Positions 60,301 to 64,000 of a stretch of DNA of 64,000 nucleotides are shown here, piece by piece (positions within the stretch are counted from its first letter, which is position 1; each line of letters begins with the position of its first letter). Below the pieces are notes generated by a model that saw only the letters and a program-made list of their open reading frames with translations, ran no database searches and was not told where the DNA came from. The stretch is from Dimargaris cristalligena (lineage: Eukaryota): NCBI GenBank assembly GCA_003614675.1, contig ML002208.1, positions 1-64,000 of the forward strand, read 5' to 3'. Both the position numbers and the translations under genes were made by a program.

Positions 60301-63021
60301 AAGAATAGATATTAAGTAGACTTTGGCTAATGGCCAGGGACATTGGATGTGTATGGGTTGCGTGGACAATCACCCAGCAACAGCCCACATACTTTCGGAA
60401 CAGTGGATGCGTGGTATAACCCATTGTATTATTATATACACATTGCCATAGCCAAGCAGCAGGTAAATCCCGGCCGATTCGTTACGCGGTGTGGTAAAAG
60501 GGGGCCCCCTCGTTCAGACTCGCCCAAGAAGGCCAAATGAGCAACCTGAACCGGTGCGAGTCAGTTGGCTTCGGGAGGGAGTTCAATATATACAGTAGAC
60601 TTGCGACACAGTCAGGGTGTCCTTTGCCTATTCTACCAGGCTCAGGCCGTGGGACTTGGCCGACCCATTTTTGTTCACGCACAACGTGGCCATTTCCAAA
60701 ATAAAATAAATAGGTGGTGACTCTAATCTACAAGTTGTCCCTTGGTAGATTGTCGTGTGCTGCATAACACCGTACTAGGCCACCCGGTGATTCAACCTAC
60801 CTACACCGAGTGAATAGCTTATTAATGTAGCCAGGAGTGTATTCTATATTAATCCGAGAGTCGTTATCGCGATACTCGGCCAAGGACTGTGGCCATAAAA
60901 ATATACCTGGTCACAGGATGCTGTGGAAGCACCGTAAATGACGACAATAGTCTTGGACCATCTTTGACTGATGTATGGTTCAAGGGCCAGTAATAATCAG
61001 TGTGAGGCGGGGGGCCATAATCAATTCGGCGCCTTCTACTTTTCGCTTCCAACTTTGCGTTTCAGTCCGTAAAGGAATCAATTATCCGCCCCCCTCCCCA
61101 ACCGTAGATAATCTAATGGCTTGTCTGTTAACCTTGGTTTAGACAATTCGGCGGTTGTCCTTGGAAGGCATGCTAGGCCTGGGGGATGTGGGGAGGGGGG
61201 ATTGCAATAAAACGGAAGAGACCAGCCGCGGCTGCCCCCCAGATCCGAGTGTATCGACAAAAAGGGGAAGGACGTAAACAAAGCGGCAACACACACATAA
61301 TCAGCGACCGGGTAGTATATTAGAATGTGACCAGGTGGGCAGTATGGGAAGAGAAGTTCACGATTAGAGCCATTCAGATGGGAGGGTTGTGGGGGCCATC
61401 AGGTCGAAGAGGGACTGAAAGAGAAACAGAGGTTATGACTGGTACCGCCTAGTACAGCCCGCTGCACTACTGGCACATCTGACCAAAAAACACTAATTAT
61501 GTAAACGGGAGGAGGGGGAGGAGAGAAAGCGAAAGGTAATATTAGGGAAATAGATTACCCGCTCAATAGAGCAACTGAACCCTATACCACTGGACTAGAA
61601 TATAATTTACTCTATGATCAGCGATAGGGAGATGAGAGACATGTATAGAAGCTTCTCTCTAATTCACTGCTTGTAGGGAGGAGGGATTACCAGGTGCAGG
61701 ATGGTTCGAGGAATTCACTCCGTGGCCGTGCAGCCCCTCGGGGGTTTCTTGAAACGGTACCAATTCAGTAATTAAAGAATGGGCCCAAACCCAAGTGTGT
61801 CGTTCATTGGGTGGGGCGCACAGTTTAATGAATGAATCGTCTTTCCAGACGGTGCGTAGTCGGAGGTCGTCGGTCAACTGAGGCTGCGCAACGGTTAATT
61901 TATGTGCCTTTGCGATGCTTATGCGGTGGCTCGGATATTGGCACCCTTTCCCCTCTTTCCCTTTAATCACTACTACCTAGCTTGCCCAAGGCGCCGGGAT
62001 TGCCCCCCCCTGTGGGTCACGGCGATTAAGCTGAGATATTGTTATAGCAGTTGCCAGTTTGGCCACCCGGCTGCAAAGGGTCAGGATTGGCGGAGGTGGG
62101 AGTGGCATGGCCGATCGGGGTTTGGATATTAGAGTGTACTTATTTTACCGTGGCCCAGGCAGGGAATAGATTATCCATCTATGGCAGTTTTTTTTTAGCA
62201 TTACCCCATTTGACTCCAGCCCCCTCCATATACGTCCATTACCTAACAGTGGGCCACCCCGTTGATTACGATAATGTTGGGGGAGGACGGGTATACCGAA
62301 CATTCTTTTTCTCCCCCTCCATGAATGATCGTATGTATACGTAAATACAGATACAGAGCAGTGGCCGTGGGGTTCTCGGTCCTCGTCGGACTTGGACAGT
62401 GTGGCTACCGCGAAATTAATACTTGCTGCTACTGTTGTTGGGGCCGAGGCTGGATGACCAAGGCTACAGTCCACTGAATATTCCTCCTTTTACTCCGGTC
62501 TTGGGCCCCATAGTGGCATTATGTGTATTTTTTCCGACTTGGTCATAGACCGGTATCGCGAAGTGTGAATATAAATTAAAGCACTGAGCCGGCGGAGTGC
62601 ATTCCAATGCACGAAACGGTAGTCGGGTATCGCTAGGTGCCGTACACCCCCGAATGGGACTTGGCAAGCAGGCGGAGTGTTCTTCACCCCTTGGAAACCC
62701 TCAACTCGTCTCTGATATCAGCAATTGCTGCACTGGCTTTCTCCTCCACCTCTTCATCCCCCCATCCCCATATCCCCTCACCGCTGGCTAGGTTGCATTC
62801 CATAGGGCCATGGCTGATCGCATCCGAGCTAAGGATACCCCCCCACCTCCCACTACCAAGGACATGCTAATATAACCAAGTATATACGCATCCGGGCACA
62901 TAGTTGGGCCTGTTATCTATTGCCCTCTCATGTGGATTGCTCCGCCATCACACTTGATAATGTCATTGGGCTTGGTAGAGTAAATAAGAGTTTATACCCC
63001 CCTAAATAATAAGGAAATATA

Positions 63022-63042
63022 TAATAATAATAATAATAATAA
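63022..63042. repeat. (TAA)n microsatellite
   Basis: About 7 TAA units. Confidence 0.8.
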
Positions 63043-64000
63043 TTGCAAACTCGCTGACTACAGCGGCTGGGGATGCTACTCTTTTGATGACAAATAAAAT
63101 ACATGACAATAAAAAGATACGCCATCGATCCCCCCCTAGTTTCCCAACGTAGTACGAGGCACATTTCTAGGCGCAGAGTTTTATGGCACTCGACTGGTGC
63201 TGGGTATTGTTTGGGGCAATATAGGTAGGCCATTCTATATAATATAGTGGCAATTGCAAGTGTAGAATATATTTTGGCTACTAGCCCTGGCAAACAGTTG
63301 GCCTACGTCACAGTATTGGATAGTCAGTGTTTGGCAGAGTACCATATGATTATTGTAGATCCAGCTTCATCCCTGTCAACGTGGGCGATAATCAAAGCCG
63401 GGAATTTGTAGGGCACGGACTGGGGCAAGAGTGTAGAGACGCCTTCCTATTTAGACTGCACTGCGAAAGAATCGGTGATCAACGCGAATCATGTAATTGT
63501 CGAGGGTATTGGGAGGTAATCGTATACTGGAAAATATTTCCGCCTACTGAAAGAGGGGGTCATACTGAAAACCGACTGTAGGGTATACAGTTCTCGGGAT
63601 TTTCTGGAAAGTAGTTATTGGGGATACAGTTGGGTCTAGCCTGTACACCCCTCTTCCTCCCTCATACTATCTTTTTTAGGGATAGCTAGGACTCTATATT
63701 TAGGCGTGACCCAACTCCCATGAGGTGATGCAAACATCGCAACGACTTTGAGGGAGAAACAGCTCCATTAGCTCACCGAGTGCAGCGGAAAAGAGAATGG
63801 GTGGAAGATATCGCGATTATTAGATGGCGTATAAAGAAGAAAGACGGGAGGTGCATAAATGAACCAGATTGTATAGGGTCATTGATGCTATCCTACAATT
63901 GTGGCCAGCTGCAGGTCCGAATGGGTCCGCAACGCCAGCTGACTCGTTGCACCAGCCGGTGCGCGACTGGAAGACCAGAAATGCTTAATGCAATGGTGGT

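Noticed and set aside
57303-64000. Short ORFs and an unclosed ~90-codon frame at the window end
   Set aside because: No motifs, codon bias or splice-supported structure; cannot be supported from this window.

Overview
Eukaryotic, intron-containing (GT-AG) genomic DNA of about 50% GC. It is most consistent with an early-diverging, non-Dikarya fungus; this is inferred from fungal-type genes plus kinesin-13 and SCAI. I can support 15 protein-coding genes, several with exon structures reconstructed by hand: a PHOSPHO1/2-like HAD phosphatase, a small LURP/tubby-C-like protein, a secreted double-CBM18 Ser/Thr-rich protein, a homeodomain factor, PDI, a CECR5/HDHD5-like HAD-IIA hydrolase, a secreted orphan, SCAI, a secreted 2H phosphoesterase, ethanolamine kinase, Pumilio, a calcineurin-like metallophosphoesterase, mitochondrial SSB, kinesin-13 and a Pro-rich orphan. 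There is also a tandem pair of disrupted DPBB/expansin-like genes. No rRNA, complete tRNA, CRISPR array or recognisable transposon was found. Best leads: (1) the Pro-rich orphan carries a PAM2-like motif directly beside an eIF4G-like PABP-binding motif, making it a candidate new PABP-interacting regulator; (2) two secreted-protein genes are each broken by a single in-frame TAG (decay, readthrough or UAG-to-UGG editing); (3) an internally deleted DPBB paralog that the ORF track misses; (4) a signal-peptide-bearing stand-alone 2H phosphoesterase. All family assignments come from motif recognition by eye, not database searches.
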